A DNA stretch of 64,000 nt from Gammaproteobacteria bacterium (GCA_965116795.1 OZ220716.1:717067-781066); one strand, 5' to 3'; shown: positions 30,206 through 40,429, numbered from the stretch's first letter. Program-made: numbers and translations. Notes: generated by a model not told the origin, from the sequence alone.

Positions 30206-31156
30206 ATGAAGAAAATCGGTATTCGTAAGGCAGTTTTCCCAGTTGCCGGTGTTGGTACACGTTTTTTGCCAGCAACCAAAGCAACGCCCAAAGAAATGTT
30301 GCCGATTGTAGATAAGCCCCTTATTCAATATGCAGTTGAAGAAGCCGTTGCTGCTGGTGTTACCGAGTTAATTTTTGTGACTAACAGCGGTAAACGTGCG
30401 ATTGAAGATCATTTCGATAGCGATCCTACCTTAGAAAAATATTTACACAACGCTGGCAAAGACGATTTGTTAGCTATTGTTAACGATATTCTACCTAGTG
30501 GGATTAACTGTGTTTATATCCGTCAGTCGCAGCCATTAGGGCTAGGCCATGCAATTTTGTGCGCGAAAAATGTTATTGGTAAAGAGCCATTTGCTGTGTT
30601 GTTGGCTGATGATCTAATCGACGGTGGCGAACGTTATTGTTTACAAAAGATGTTAGATATTCACAAAGCAACGGGCAGTGGTGTGATTGCCACTGAACAC
30701 GTTGCCAAACAACACGTTGATCAATACGGTATTATTGAATTAGATGAAGAAGAAGGCGGTTGTGCGCAAGTCAAACGCATTATTGAAAAACCTTCCCCAG
30801 ATAAAACAGAATCGACATTGGCTGCAATAGGCCGTTATATTTTAATGCCAAGCATCTTTAAGCACTTAGACAATACGGCACCGGGTGCTGGTGGTGAAAT
30901 TCAATTAACTGATGCGATTGCAACGCAACTAAATGAAGATCCAATGTATGTGCATCAAATTCAAGGTGTACGTTATGATTGTGGTAGTAAATTAGGTTAC
31001 TTAAAAGCAACAATCCAGTATGGTTTAAAACATCCAATGTTAGGCAATGATTTATTACATTATTTGCAAGATATTATTAATGCTGAATCACAGCAAGATG
31101 TTTCTTCATTAATTGATGCCGTTAAACAAATACCAGAGCCAGAAGAGTTAGTTTAA
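30206..31156 (+). CDS. galU: UTP--glucose-1-phosphate uridylyltransferase
   Basis: KAVFPVAGVGTRFLPATKATPKEMLPIVDKPLIQY is the canonical GalU N-terminus. Confidence 0.9.
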   Translation: MKKIGIRKAVFPVAGVGTRFLPATKATPKEMLPIVDKPLIQYAVEEAVAAGVTELIFVTNSGKRAIEDHFDSDPTLEKYLHNAGKDDLLAIVNDILPSGINCVYIRQSQPLGLGHAILCAKNVIGKEPFAVLLADDLIDGGERYCLQKMLDIHKATGSGVIATEHVAKQHVDQYGIIELDEEEGGCAQVKRIIEKPSPDKTESTLAAIGRYILMPSIFKHLDNTAPGAGGEIQLTDAIATQLNEDPMYVHQIQGVRYDCGSKLGYLKATIQYGLKHPMLGNDLLHYLQDIINAESQQDVSSLIDAVKQIPEPEELV

Positions 31157-31357
31157 ATAGGCTTTGTTTGTATTGTATGAAGTAATGTCCCGACTTTACT
31201 TATAGCTATACCAGATTACAGCTGCGCCAAAGCTGATATGACACAAGCTCCTGTAACACAATATTTTTTTCCAACGTTGCATTACTGATAACCCTGCATT
31301 ACAATTTACTCAATGCATTGAGTAAAAATACGAAACATATTGAGTAATTTGTAAAAT

Positions 31358-32554
31358 ATGGTAAAACGTCAATTATATCAATTAGTTACGAAGAGACTGC
31401 AACAGAAGCGCCAGTTTATCCAAGTGTTGCTTGGGCCGCGTCAGGTAGGAAAAACTACGTTGAGCCAACAGGTGATGCGGCAATTCGCTGGTCCAACCCA
31501 CTATGCCAGTGCCGATGCAGCTACTCTGCAATCATCTGCCTGGTTAGAGCAACAGTGGCTGCTTGCACGGCGCATGCAACAACAAGCATCTCATGCACAA
31601 GGCATTCTATTGATCCTTGATGAAATTCAAAAAATCACGCAATGGTCGGAGTTAGTTAAATTTTATTGGGATGAAGATACGTTAACCAATACCAACATTA
31701 AAGTCTTATTGTTAGGTTCAACACCACTGTTATTACAATGTGGTCTTAGTGAAAGTTTAGCAGGTCGCTTTGAAGTATTACCCATTATGCATTGGACGTT
31801 CCCGGAAATGGTACGTGCTTTTGGATACACACTTGATGAATATATTTATTATGGTGGTTACCCAGGCGCTGCACCGTTGGTCAAAGAGCCTGAACGTTGG
31901 CAACAATACATTACTAATTCTTTGATTGAAACAACTTTGTCTCGTGATGTATTACTGATGAACCCCATTCAAAAACCGGCATTGCTAAGAAGATTGTTTC
32001 ATTTAGGGTGCCATTATTCGGGACAAATCCTATCATACCAAAAGATGTTAGGTGAATTACATGATGCAGGCAACACTACAACATTAGCACATTATTTAAA
32101 GTTACTTACCGGATCGGGTTTGCTCGCTGGGCTAGGCAAGTTTACCGGTAAACGCGTATTAAAGCGAGCTAGTATACCTAAGCTACAAGTCATGAATACA
32201 GCACTTATGTCAGCTTTAGGAGATTACTCATTCGCACAAGCAAAGGCAGATAATACTTATTGGGGACGTTTAGTAGAATCTTGTATTGGTGCTTATCTGA
32301 TTAATGGATCGTATCAATACCATTATCAAGTTTACTATTGGCGTGAACGTAATCATGAAGTTGATTTTGTTGTGCAGTATAAGAAGCAATGTTTAGCAAT
32401 AGAAGTGAAAAGTGGGCAACAGCGAATTGCAAGTCATGGTATGACGCAATTTGCTAAACAATATCCCGAAGCAAATTTGTTACAAGTCGGTGGTTATGAT
32501 GGGATCTCAGTTGATGAGTTTCTAAATACGCCAGTGATTGATTGGTTCAAATAG
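31358..32554 (+). CDS. AAA-family ATPase with C-terminal DUF4143-like domain
   Basis: Walker A GPRQVGKTT, Walker B LILDEIQ. The architecture is typical of the widespread ATPase/DUF4143 proteins. Confidence 0.7.
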   Translation: MVKRQLYQLVTKRLQQKRQFIQVLLGPRQVGKTTLSQQVMRQFAGPTHYASADAATLQSSAWLEQQWLLARRMQQQASHAQGILLILDEIQKITQWSELVKFYWDEDTLTNTNIKVLLLGSTPLLLQCGLSESLAGRFEVLPIMHWTFPEMVRAFGYTLDEYIYYGGYPGAAPLVKEPERWQQYITNSLIETTLSRDVLLMNPIQKPALLRRLFHLGCHYSGQILSYQKMLGELHDAGNTTTLAHYLKLLTGSGLLAGLGKFTGKRVLKRASIPKLQVMNTALMSALGDYSFAQAKADNTYWGRLVESCIGAYLINGSYQYHYQVYYWRERNHEVDFVVQYKKQCLAIEVKSGQQRIASHGMTQFAKQYPEANLLQVGGYDGISVDEFLNTPVIDWFK

Positions 32555-32631
32555 CCGTAATTTTTTAATTAACCACTTGCATTTCTAAATAAAACTGATT
32601 AAGGTCAGTCTTTATAGAAAGGAGGCGTGCC

Positions 32632-32883
32632 ATGATTGATTCCAGCGTATTTGATGATTTAGCGCGTAAGTTAAGTGACTGCGTACCTGAATCGTTAACA
32701 ACATTGCGCAGCGATTTACAAAAAAATTTCCGCAGTGTATTGGAAAGTGGTTTTGCCAAATTAGATTTAGTGACTCGCCAAGAATTTGATGCACAAGTTG
32801 GTGTGTTGCAACGTACCCGTGCGCAACTTGATGCATTAGCAGCACGTGTTGATGCACTAGAAAAACGTATCAAACAATCCTAA
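32632..32883 (+). CDS. ubiK: ubiquinone biosynthesis accessory factor UbiK (YqiC/BMFP family)
   Basis: 83-aa coiled-coil protein. ...LVTRQEFDAQVGVLQRTRAQLDALAARVDALEKR... matches the UbiK consensus. Confidence 0.8.
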   Translation: MIDSSVFDDLARKLSDCVPESLTTLRSDLQKNFRSVLESGFAKLDLVTRQEFDAQVGVLQRTRAQLDALAARVDALEKRIKQS

Positions 32884-32946
32884 TCCGTCATTTTTCCAGG
32901 CCATAACAGCAACGTAGTTTGATTTAATATAATCAAGGTGGTTATT

Positions 32947-34455
32947 GTGGCACTTGCCGTTTTATACAGTCGCAGCAGCAGTGGCGTGAATGCACCGAGT
33001 GTGAGTGTTGAAGTGCATATTGGTGCTGGGTTACCGAAATTTTCCATTGTTGGTTTGCCGGATACCGAAGTTAAAGAAAGTCGTGACAGGGTGCGCAGTG
33101 CATTGTTAACGATGGGATTTGATTTTCCCTATCGACGGATCACGGTTAATCTAGCGCCCGCTGATTTACCCAAAGAAGGTGGACGGTTTGATTTACCAAT
33201 TGCATTGGGGATCTTAGCCGCGAGTCGGCAATTATCAACAAAGACCTTAACTGACTACGAATTTGCAGGCGAATTGGCATTAACCGGTGAATTGCGTCCA
33301 TTTCGTGGTGCATTAACCTTTGCTTTAAGTGCACGCGAACAGCAACGGTGTTTAATTTTTCCTGAACAAAATGCAAAGGAAGCTGCATTAGTCAGTGATG
33401 TTACCATTTATGCTGCCAAACACTTTACTGATGTATGTCAACACTTGACTCAACAAACTTCGTTGCCAGTGCAACACCCACAACCAGTAACGTCACAAGT
33501 AACAAACATGTCGGATCTCAGTGATGTGCAAGGTCAATTGCAAGCGCGTCGCGCTTTAGAAATTGCAGCAGCCGGTGGTCATAGTATATTGTTTGTTGGT
33601 CCACCGGGTACCGGCAAAACCATGTTAGCCAGCCGTTTACCAAGCATTTTGCCGACTATGTCGACGGATGAAGCCTTAGAAACTGCAGCTGTATTATCAA
33701 TTAGCCAATGTGACGTTAATCCAACGCGATTTTACCAACGTCCATTTCGCGCACCGCATCATACAACGTCAAGTGCTGCGTTGGTGGGTGGTAGCAGTCC
33801 ACCGAAGCCAGGTGAAATTTCATTGGCACACAATGGTGTATTGTTTTTAGATGAATTACCAGAATATCCACGCCGTGTGTTGGATACATTGCGTGAACCG
33901 TTAGAATCTGGTCACATCACCATTTCGCGCGCTGCAAAGCAAGCACAATTTCCCGCACGTTTTCAATTGGTTTGTGCAATGAATCCGTGTCCATGTGGTT
34001 ATCATGGTGATCCGCATCGTGAATGTCGTTGTACACGTGATCAAGTCCAGCGTTATCAATCGCGTATTTCAGGCCCCTTATTGGATCGCATCGATTTACA
34101 TGTCCAGGTGCCTGCCTTACCACACAGTGCACTGTTATTTACATCAACTGTTGCTGAGTCCAGTGAGAGTGTACGGCAACGGGTGACGCAAGCACGCGAT
34201 CGTCAACAGCAACGCCAACAGCAAATTAATGCCTTGTTAGCTAGTCGACAGATTCAGCAACATTGTCAATTAACGCAAGCCGATCAAACGTTGCTAACAG
34301 ATGCGATGACAACATTGCATTTATCAGCACGTGCGTATCATCACATCTTGCGAGTAAGCCGCACCATTGCCGATTTAGCCAAGTCAGATCACATTACCCG
34401 CAAACATTTGCTCGAAGCGTTGAATTATCGTCCGCATTTGCATGTGGAGCTGTAA
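32947..34455 (+). CDS. yifB: YifB/ComM-family Mg-chelatase-like AAA+ ATPase
   Basis: VEVHIGAGLPKFSIVGLPD (N-terminal Lon-like domain), Walker A GPPGTGKT. The C-terminal Zn-motif region (CPCGYHGDPHRECRC) is diagnostic. SD AAGGTGG lies before GTG 32947. Confidence 0.85.
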   Translation: MALAVLYSRSSSGVNAPSVSVEVHIGAGLPKFSIVGLPDTEVKESRDRVRSALLTMGFDFPYRRITVNLAPADLPKEGGRFDLPIALGILAASRQLSTKTLTDYEFAGELALTGELRPFRGALTFALSAREQQRCLIFPEQNAKEAALVSDVTIYAAKHFTDVCQHLTQQTSLPVQHPQPVTSQVTNMSDLSDVQGQLQARRALEIAAAGGHSILFVGPPGTGKTMLASRLPSILPTMSTDEALETAAVLSISQCDVNPTRFYQRPFRAPHHTTSSAALVGGSSPPKPGEISLAHNGVLFLDELPEYPRRVLDTLREPLESGHITISRAAKQAQFPARFQLVCAMNPCPCGYHGDPHRECRCTRDQVQRYQSRISGPLLDRIDLHVQVPALPHSALLFTSTVAESSESVRQRVTQARDRQQQRQQQINALLASRQIQQHCQLTQADQTLLTDAMTTLHLSARAYHHILRVSRTIADLAKSDHITRKHLLEALNYRPHLHVEL

Positions 34456-34469
34456 ACATACACGCGAAA

Positions 34470-34610
34470 TACGAAGCGTATAGACTCAAGCAGTTGGATT
34501 ATAGGCGAGGCGGCAAGCGATTTTGCCACGGGAGTGTATAGTGGCATACATGACTGTGGCAAAATCGTATAGCCAACAATGCCTACGATTCAAGTGCGCT
34601 GAGTATATCT
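34470..34610. repeat. diverged family-1-like repeat (copy D) between yifB and fba
   Basis: Shares ATAGGCGAGGCGGCAAGCG…GGAGTGTATAGTGGCATACATGACTGTGGC…AGCCAACAATGCC with the family-1 core. Confidence 0.5.
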
Positions 34611-34674
34611 TGCGATTTGTCGCTAATCTCGCCATACTACGCCCATTTTTACCGCACAATAGGAGATATTACTG

Positions 34675-35699
34675 TGAATAGATCTAGCATCGCTACATTA
34701 GCCGATACTATTAATATTCTTGCTGCTCCAGGTCGAGGCATTTTGGCAGCCGATGAGAGTGTAGCAACAGCAACCAAACGATTAAACAGTGTGAATGTTG
34801 AATCAACCGAAGAAAATCGACGCCGTTATCGCGAACTATTATTTACTGCACCTGGATTAGGTGAATATATTAACGGAGTGATTTTATTTGACGAAACACT
34901 ACGCCAACAGGATACCAATGGCAAAGCATTTGCTGATGTGTTAATTCAACAACAAATCATCCCGGGGATCAAAGTGGATAAAGGGCTGATTGGATTAGAT
35001 AACGCAGACGATGAAAAGGTAACTCAAGGATTAGATGGGTTAAGTGAACGTTTGCAAGAGTATGCATCATTAGGCGCACGTTTTGCAAAATGGCGTAACG
35101 TTTATCGTATTTCTGCACATACACCTTCACGGTTAGCCATTCAAATTAATGCAGATAACTTGGCACGCTATGCTGCTATTTGTCAGAGCAATGGTGTTGT
35201 GCCGATTGTTGAGCCAGAAGTATTAATCGATGGTGATCACAGTATTGAAATGTGTGATGAAAAAACGTCAATGGTACTGAATGCTGTGTTTAATGCATTA
35301 AAGTTACATCGAGTGAGTTTGGAACATATGGTGTTAAAACCAAGCATGATTATTTCCGGTAAAACAGCAACAGGACGTGCTGATATTGATACCGTGGCAA
35401 CACAAACAGTAGCTGTGCTAAAACGTGCTGTCCCTGCAGCAGTACCAACTATTAATTTCTTATCCGGTGGTCAAACACCAGAAGAAGCAACGGCGCACTT
35501 AAATCGTATGTATCAATTAACACAAGGTACATTACCGTGGAATTTAAGTTTCTCTTATGGGCGTGCATTGCAGGAGCCTGCATTAACAGCATGGGCAGGT
35601 AATGAGGCCAATGTAACAACAGCACAACAGGCTTTATTGAAACGTGCTAAATTAAATGCAGCGGCAAGTACCGGTAATTACAGTGAGAGTATGGAATAG
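34675..35699 (+). CDS. fba: fructose-bisphosphate aldolase, class I
   Basis: GRGILAADES, the class I aldolase active-site region. SD AGGAG lies before GTG 34675. The track ORF starts earlier, at 34617. Confidence 0.8.
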
Positions 35700-35734
35700 C
35701 TCTGTTAAGTTACTAATACTATGTTTGCTTGACA

Positions 35735-35770
35735 ACAAAAAGGCGAACATAATAGTCCGCCTTTTTTAAG
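35735..35770. terminator. bidirectional intrinsic terminator between fba (+) and a small convergent gene (-)
   Basis: AAAAAGGCG-(12 nt)-CGCCTTTTTT hairpin, flanked by an A-run and a T-run. Confidence 0.45.
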
Positions 35771-35775
35771 TAATG

Positions 35776-35964
35776 CTATTTACAACAATCATTTAATAAA
35801 TACTTGATTGCTGCACCAGCAACGAGTGCTAGTGTAAATACTTCAAGGAATGTGATTAGCAGTACGATATCTGGATGCATCATTGGTGGCAATACCAATG
35901 CTAGAATCCCTAAGATTAATGCTGCGATTAACGTTGCGATCCCGATAATTTTTCCCATTACCAT
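35776..35964 (-). CDS. small hydrophobic membrane protein (62 aa), hypothetical
   Basis: Strong SD (AAGGAG 8 nt before ATG). Two predicted TM helices. C-terminal CC dipeptide. Confidence 0.5.
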   Translation of the reverse strand: MVMGKIIGIATLIAALILGILALVLPPMMHPDIVLLITFLEVFTLALVAGAAIKYLLNDCCK

Positions 35965-36116
35965 TGACAGTCTCCTTACTTTAACAGTTAGTTACTTAAC
36001 GAATTGTGCCATAAATATTAACATAACTTAAGGCTGTTCTTTTTTTATTCTCTATAATCTTGTTTGTTATTGGTATCCTAGACGTTCTCAGGTAGCCACA
36101 GTATGATTAGCCGCGC

Positions 36117-36193
36117 GCGCCCGTAGCTCAGTTGGATAGAGTGTTGGCCTCCGAAGCCAAAGGTCAGAGGTTCAAATCCTCTCGGGCGCACCA
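36117..36193 (+). tRNA. tRNA-Arg (anticodon CCG)
   Basis: Cloverleaf read by eye. Acceptor GCGCCCG/CGGGCGC, anticodon stem TTGGC/GCCAA, loop CTCCGAA, T-arm GGTTCAAATCC, 3' ACCA encoded. Confidence 0.9.
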
Positions 36194-36248
36194 ACCTACG
36201 CTCTTCTGGAGAAGAGCCATGAATACCAAGTTCAGTTAAGTAGGATCA

Positions 36249-37172
36249 ATGAAACAAGAATGTTTACGTATTGCCAGTCGTCGTAGTCGTCTCGCCCTGT
36301 GGCAGGCTAATGAAGTCAAACGCCAGTTGCAGCAGCATATTGATGTCCCTATTGAAATTATCACCTTTGTTACTCAAGGCGATACGTTGTTGGATCAGCC
36401 ATTGAATAAAATTGGTGGCAAAGGGTTATTTGTAAAAGAGTTAGAACAGGCACTATTAGATCATCGTGCAGATATAGCAGTGCATTCCAGTAAGGATTTA
36501 CCAGCTGATTTTCCTGATGGGTTGTGTTTAGCAGCAGTGTGTCAACGCGATGATCCACGCGATGCCTTTATTAGTAATCAGTTTGCTCATATTAGTAAGT
36601 TGGATCACACTGGAGTAATCGGTACATCTAGTTTGCGTCGCCAATCCCAATTAGCTAATCAGTATCCTCAGCTAACATTTTGTAATGTGCGTGGTAATGT
36701 GGAAACGCGTTTGAAAAAATTAGATGATGGTGATGTATCTGCTTTAGTACTAGCGGCTGCAGGATTACGCCGTTTAAGTTTAACAAAACGTATTACCCAT
36801 TATTTTGAACCGGATGAGTGTTTACCAGCAGTCGGACAAGGTACATTAGCCATTGAATGTTGCAGCGATGACATTACTGTTTTAAATTGGGTAAAACTAT
36901 TGAATGATTATCCATCACAATTATGTCTTAATGCTGAACGTGCGTTTAATCATCATTTAGGTGGCAATTGTTATGTGCCTGTTGCTGGTTATGCAACGTT
37001 AACCGATAACAATACCATGCTACATATTGAAGGTTGTGTTGGTAAACCTAATGGAGATTTGGTATTGCGTCAAACAGTGAGTGGTGATGCAAAAGCTGCG
37101 GTTGAATTAGGTGTGGTGTTAGCTGAGAAATTATTACAACAAGGGGCGCAAGCCATCATTGATGCATGTTAA
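36249..37172 (+). CDS. hemC: porphobilinogen deaminase (hydroxymethylbilane synthase)
   Basis: RIASRRSRLALWQA... is the canonical HemC N-terminus. 307 aa. Confidence 0.9.
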   Translation: MKQECLRIASRRSRLALWQANEVKRQLQQHIDVPIEIITFVTQGDTLLDQPLNKIGGKGLFVKELEQALLDHRADIAVHSSKDLPADFPDGLCLAAVCQRDDPRDAFISNQFAHISKLDHTGVIGTSSLRRQSQLANQYPQLTFCNVRGNVETRLKKLDDGDVSALVLAAAGLRRLSLTKRITHYFEPDECLPAVGQGTLAIECCSDDITVLNWVKLLNDYPSQLCLNAERAFNHHLGGNCYVPVAGYATLTDNNTMLHIEGCVGKPNGDLVLRQTVSGDAKAAVELGVVLAEKLLQQGAQAIIDAC

Positions 37173-37942
37173 CAATTGATCTGCAATCATTACGCGTGTT
37201 AATAGCACGCCCTATTCGGCAAGCACAGACATTGGCGTCAATGTTGTCTGCGTGTAATGCGAAATCGTTTGTTTATCCAGTATTATGTATTGAACAGATT
37301 GCATTTAATCAAACGGAATTTAATCATGCTGTTGCTAATAGTGACGTCATTATTTTTACTAGTTGTAATGCTGTTTGGCAAACAGCAGTAAAGTTATTGT
37401 ATTATCAACGACAACAATCCTTGCCACAACTAATTGCCATTGGCCCAGCAACAGCCGATGCGATTGCCGAAGAGGGATTACCATTAGCTAACAAACCCAC
37501 CTCTGAATTTTCTAGCGAGGGGTTGTTGGATATTCCCTTGTTACACTCTTGTTATGGCAAACGCATATTGATACTCAGTGGTGTTGGTGGTCGTACAGTA
37601 TTAATAGATGAATTAACTGCACGCGGTGCGGTGGTAGAAAAGCTTGCCGTGTATCGACGTTGTCATGGTATAAAACCGAGCAAAGAAATGCTTGCAACTT
37701 GGCAACAACCCGGTATTGATGTTGTAATAAGCACGAGTGGTGAAGGACTGTCACAATTAGTGAAACAGATAAGTGCTGTTGGCAAGTCATACCATGACTG
37801 GTTGCTGACGCAACAATTATTAGTGATGAGCCAACGTTTAGTACCATTAGTACAACAATACGGTTTTACCTGTCAGCCATTAGTAGCAACGCAAGCAAGT
37901 GATGTCGGCTTGATTACGGCATTAGCTAATTTTTTAACCTAA
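37166..37942 (+). CDS. hemD: uroporphyrinogen-III synthase
   Basis: 258 aa. Position and overlap with hemC. HemD-like fold motifs. Confidence 0.75.
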   Translation: MLTIDLQSLRVLIARPIRQAQTLASMLSACNAKSFVYPVLCIEQIAFNQTEFNHAVANSDVIIFTSCNAVWQTAVKLLYYQRQQSLPQLIAIGPATADAIAEEGLPLANKPTSEFSSEGLLDIPLLHSCYGKRILILSGVGGRTVLIDELTARGAVVEKLAVYRRCHGIKPSKEMLATWQQPGIDVVISTSGEGLSQLVKQISAVGKSYHDWLLTQQLLVMSQRLVPLVQQYGFTCQPLVATQASDVGLITALANFLT

Positions 37943-37951
37943 ATTCAGCAG

Positions 37952-39157
37952 TTGGATTGGACTGTTGAATTTAGGTTTACAACAGAGGAAGGATACATAG
38001 CGATGTCAGATGATAAAACGGATTTAACAACACCAGTTAATAATCAAAAAACATCAACTAAGAAAAATCAACCGTCACGTTTTGTTAATACATTGAGTTT
38101 ATTTGTTGTCATTGCTATCGGCGCATCGGTTTTTTTATGGCATCAAAGCATGACCCAGTATCGTAAGCTGTTATCACAACAAAAAGTGTTACAAACTACG
38201 TTGAGCAGCGCCACCAATACTATCGATAAATTACAAACGGAGTATAACAGTACGCAAACGCAACAGCATACACAAATCAAACAGTCTGACAAGCAACAAC
38301 AACAAATAAATCATTTGCGTGTGATGTTAACTCAAGGTGAACCGGTGTGGTATTTATTGCGTATTGATCATTTGATTCGCCTAGCTAATTACCAAGCATT
38401 GTTTCTGCATGATACACCTGGAACAATTGCTTTATTAAAAGCAGCAACGCAAGAATTAAAACAAGCCAATAAGCCACAATGGTTGCCATTATCAACTGCA
38501 TTGCATCAAGATATTGAGGCACTGCAAGTTGCTGCTGCTGTCAATGTCAATGATGTATTAAGCCAACTAAATGCATTGGACAGTCAGTTAAGCCAATTAC
38601 CACTAACAGTTGCACAATTCGGTCAAGCTAATATGAAGAAAGCACAAGCTATTGTCGTGCCAGAAACTAACACAAAAGATAGTTTATCATGGTGGAAAGA
38701 AAAATCATCCGCACTGTGGCAACAATTACGTGGGATTTTAGTGATTCGTCACGATGATAAAGCCATTATTCCGATTATTGATGCACAGCAACAAGCTTAT
38801 TTACGCCAGAACTTACACTTAATTATGTTTCAAGCAAAATGGGCAGTGATCAATCACGATAATGCACTATATCATAGCAGTCTAGATCAGTTTATTCAGT
38901 GGATTAATGACTATTTTAATACGCAAAGTGCTGTTACTAAAATGGTATTAGTTAATATTGCTGCGCTGCAAAAAGTGACATTAACAGAAAAACTACCTGC
39001 ATTAACAGCAAGTTTAGCCCAAGTGCAACGTTTATTAACAACTGTTTCTTCTGCCCCTGTTGCGAATACACCACCGGTGACAGCACCTACTAATCGGCAG
39101 CCAAAAAAGACTAAGGAATCAGCATCAATACCACAGCCTGAGGTGATTGACTCATGA
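37952..39157 (+). CDS. hemX: HemX-family membrane protein (uroporphyrinogen-III C-methyltransferase-like annotation; true function uncertain)
   Basis: N-terminal TM, Gln-rich coiled-coil, conserved hemCDXY context. Confidence 0.7.
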   Translation: MDWTVEFRFTTEEGYIAMSDDKTDLTTPVNNQKTSTKKNQPSRFVNTLSLFVVIAIGASVFLWHQSMTQYRKLLSQQKVLQTTLSSATNTIDKLQTEYNSTQTQQHTQIKQSDKQQQQINHLRVMLTQGEPVWYLLRIDHLIRLANYQALFLHDTPGTIALLKAATQELKQANKPQWLPLSTALHQDIEALQVAAAVNVNDVLSQLNALDSQLSQLPLTVAQFGQANMKKAQAIVVPETNTKDSLSWWKEKSSALWQQLRGILVIRHDDKAIIPIIDAQQQAYLRQNLHLIMFQAKWAVINHDNALYHSSLDQFIQWINDYFNTQSAVTKMVLVNIAALQKVTLTEKLPALTASLAQVQRLLTTVSSAPVANTPPVTAPTNRQPKKTKESASIPQPEVIDS

Positions 39158-40392
39158 TACGTTTATTTTTATTTCTGATTTTATTAGTTGGATCAGTATG
39201 GTTGGGTTTACAGATTTACGCTGATCCAGGCTATGCTCTGTTTACTTATCGTGGCTGGTCAGTAGAAATGCCACTATGGTTTGCATTATTTTTATTATTG
39301 ATTGTGTTCATAGTGACATATAGTAGTATTCGATTAGTTATACGTACTAGTCGCTTATCTAAACGTTTACATGCAAAGAAACGTACTCGTCGTCTATTAC
39401 GTGCACGTAAACAAACAAATCTAGGGTTAATTCAGTTACTAGAAGGTAATTGGCGTACTGCAGAAGCACATTTAATTCGTGCTGCTAAGGTTAATGATAC
39501 ACCACTGATTAACTATCTTGCTGCAGCACGTGCTGCGCAAGAACAAGGTGAACACGATAGGCGGGATGATTATTTGCGCCTAGCACATCAAGCAACACCA
39601 GAGGCAAAGATTGCAATTGGTCTTACTCAAGCTGAATTGCAATTACATCATCAACAATTAGAACAAGCATTAGCAACCTTGCGTCACTTACAGACAATTG
39701 CACCGCATCATGGCTATATTTTAAAACTGTTAAAAAATGTATATTGTCAATTAGGTGAGTGGCAGAATTTACGTACACTATTGCCAGAATTACATAAATA
39801 TAAAATCTATCAAAAAGAAGAATTCCAACAATTGGAAAAATTAACATTTCAAGAATTATTAAAGCAATATATTACAACTCAGTCAGAAGAAAAGATACGT
39901 TATTTATGGGATGAAATGTCACGGGTGCTGCAGCGTGACCCGTATACATTAACTGTGTATTGTCAATACTTATTATGTCATGACTATGCTGATGAAGTTG
40001 AAATTTTGATACGTGAACAATTAAAACGAGACTGGGATAATGAGTTAGTTAAATTATATGGTCAAATTAGTAGTACTCATTCTGAATCACAGTTGCTTGT
40101 TGCTGAAACATGGCTAAAAGGCAGAGAACGTAATCCAGAGTTGTTACTCTGCTTGGGTCGTATTTGTCGACGTGCCGAGTTGTGGAAGAAAGCCTGCGAT
40201 TATTTAACAGTTTCTATTAACATCAAACCTAGTACAGATAATCACGGTGAATTAGCGCAATTGCTACTAGAAATGGGCGACGTTCAACAAGCATTAGAGC
40301 ATTATCGACAAGGATTGCAATATCAGCAAGAAGCTGTTATGCCAGCTATATCTAAGCAAATTCATTGTGAAAGTGGATTAGCGCTACTTTAA
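39154..40392 (+). CDS. hemY: HemY-family TPR membrane protein
   Basis: Two N-terminal TM helices, then TPR-like repeats. Follows hemX with a 4-nt overlap. Confidence 0.75.
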   Translation: MIRLFLFLILLVGSVWLGLQIYADPGYALFTYRGWSVEMPLWFALFLLLIVFIVTYSSIRLVIRTSRLSKRLHAKKRTRRLLRARKQTNLGLIQLLEGNWRTAEAHLIRAAKVNDTPLINYLAAARAAQEQGEHDRRDDYLRLAHQATPEAKIAIGLTQAELQLHHQQLEQALATLRHLQTIAPHHGYILKLLKNVYCQLGEWQNLRTLLPELHKYKIYQKEEFQQLEKLTFQELLKQYITTQSEEKIRYLWDEMSRVLQRDPYTLTVYCQYLLCHDYADEVEILIREQLKRDWDNELVKLYGQISSTHSESQLLVAETWLKGRERNPELLLCLGRICRRAELWKKACDYLTVSINIKPSTDNHGELAQLLLEMGDVQQALEHYRQGLQYQQEAVMPAISKQIHCESGLALL

Positions 40393-40429
40393 AAGTGCTG
40401 AAGTAATTCAATCAATCTTTATTTTCTGT

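Noticed and set aside
32565-32873. Two minus-strand ORFs (102 and 81 aa) overlapping ubiK
   Set aside because: The + strand encodes a recognisable UbiK. The antisense frames are His/Gln-rich shadow translations.
33146-34186. Several 60-80-aa ORFs on either strand within yifB/comM
   Set aside because: They are embedded in a long, motif-rich AAA+ gene. No independent support.
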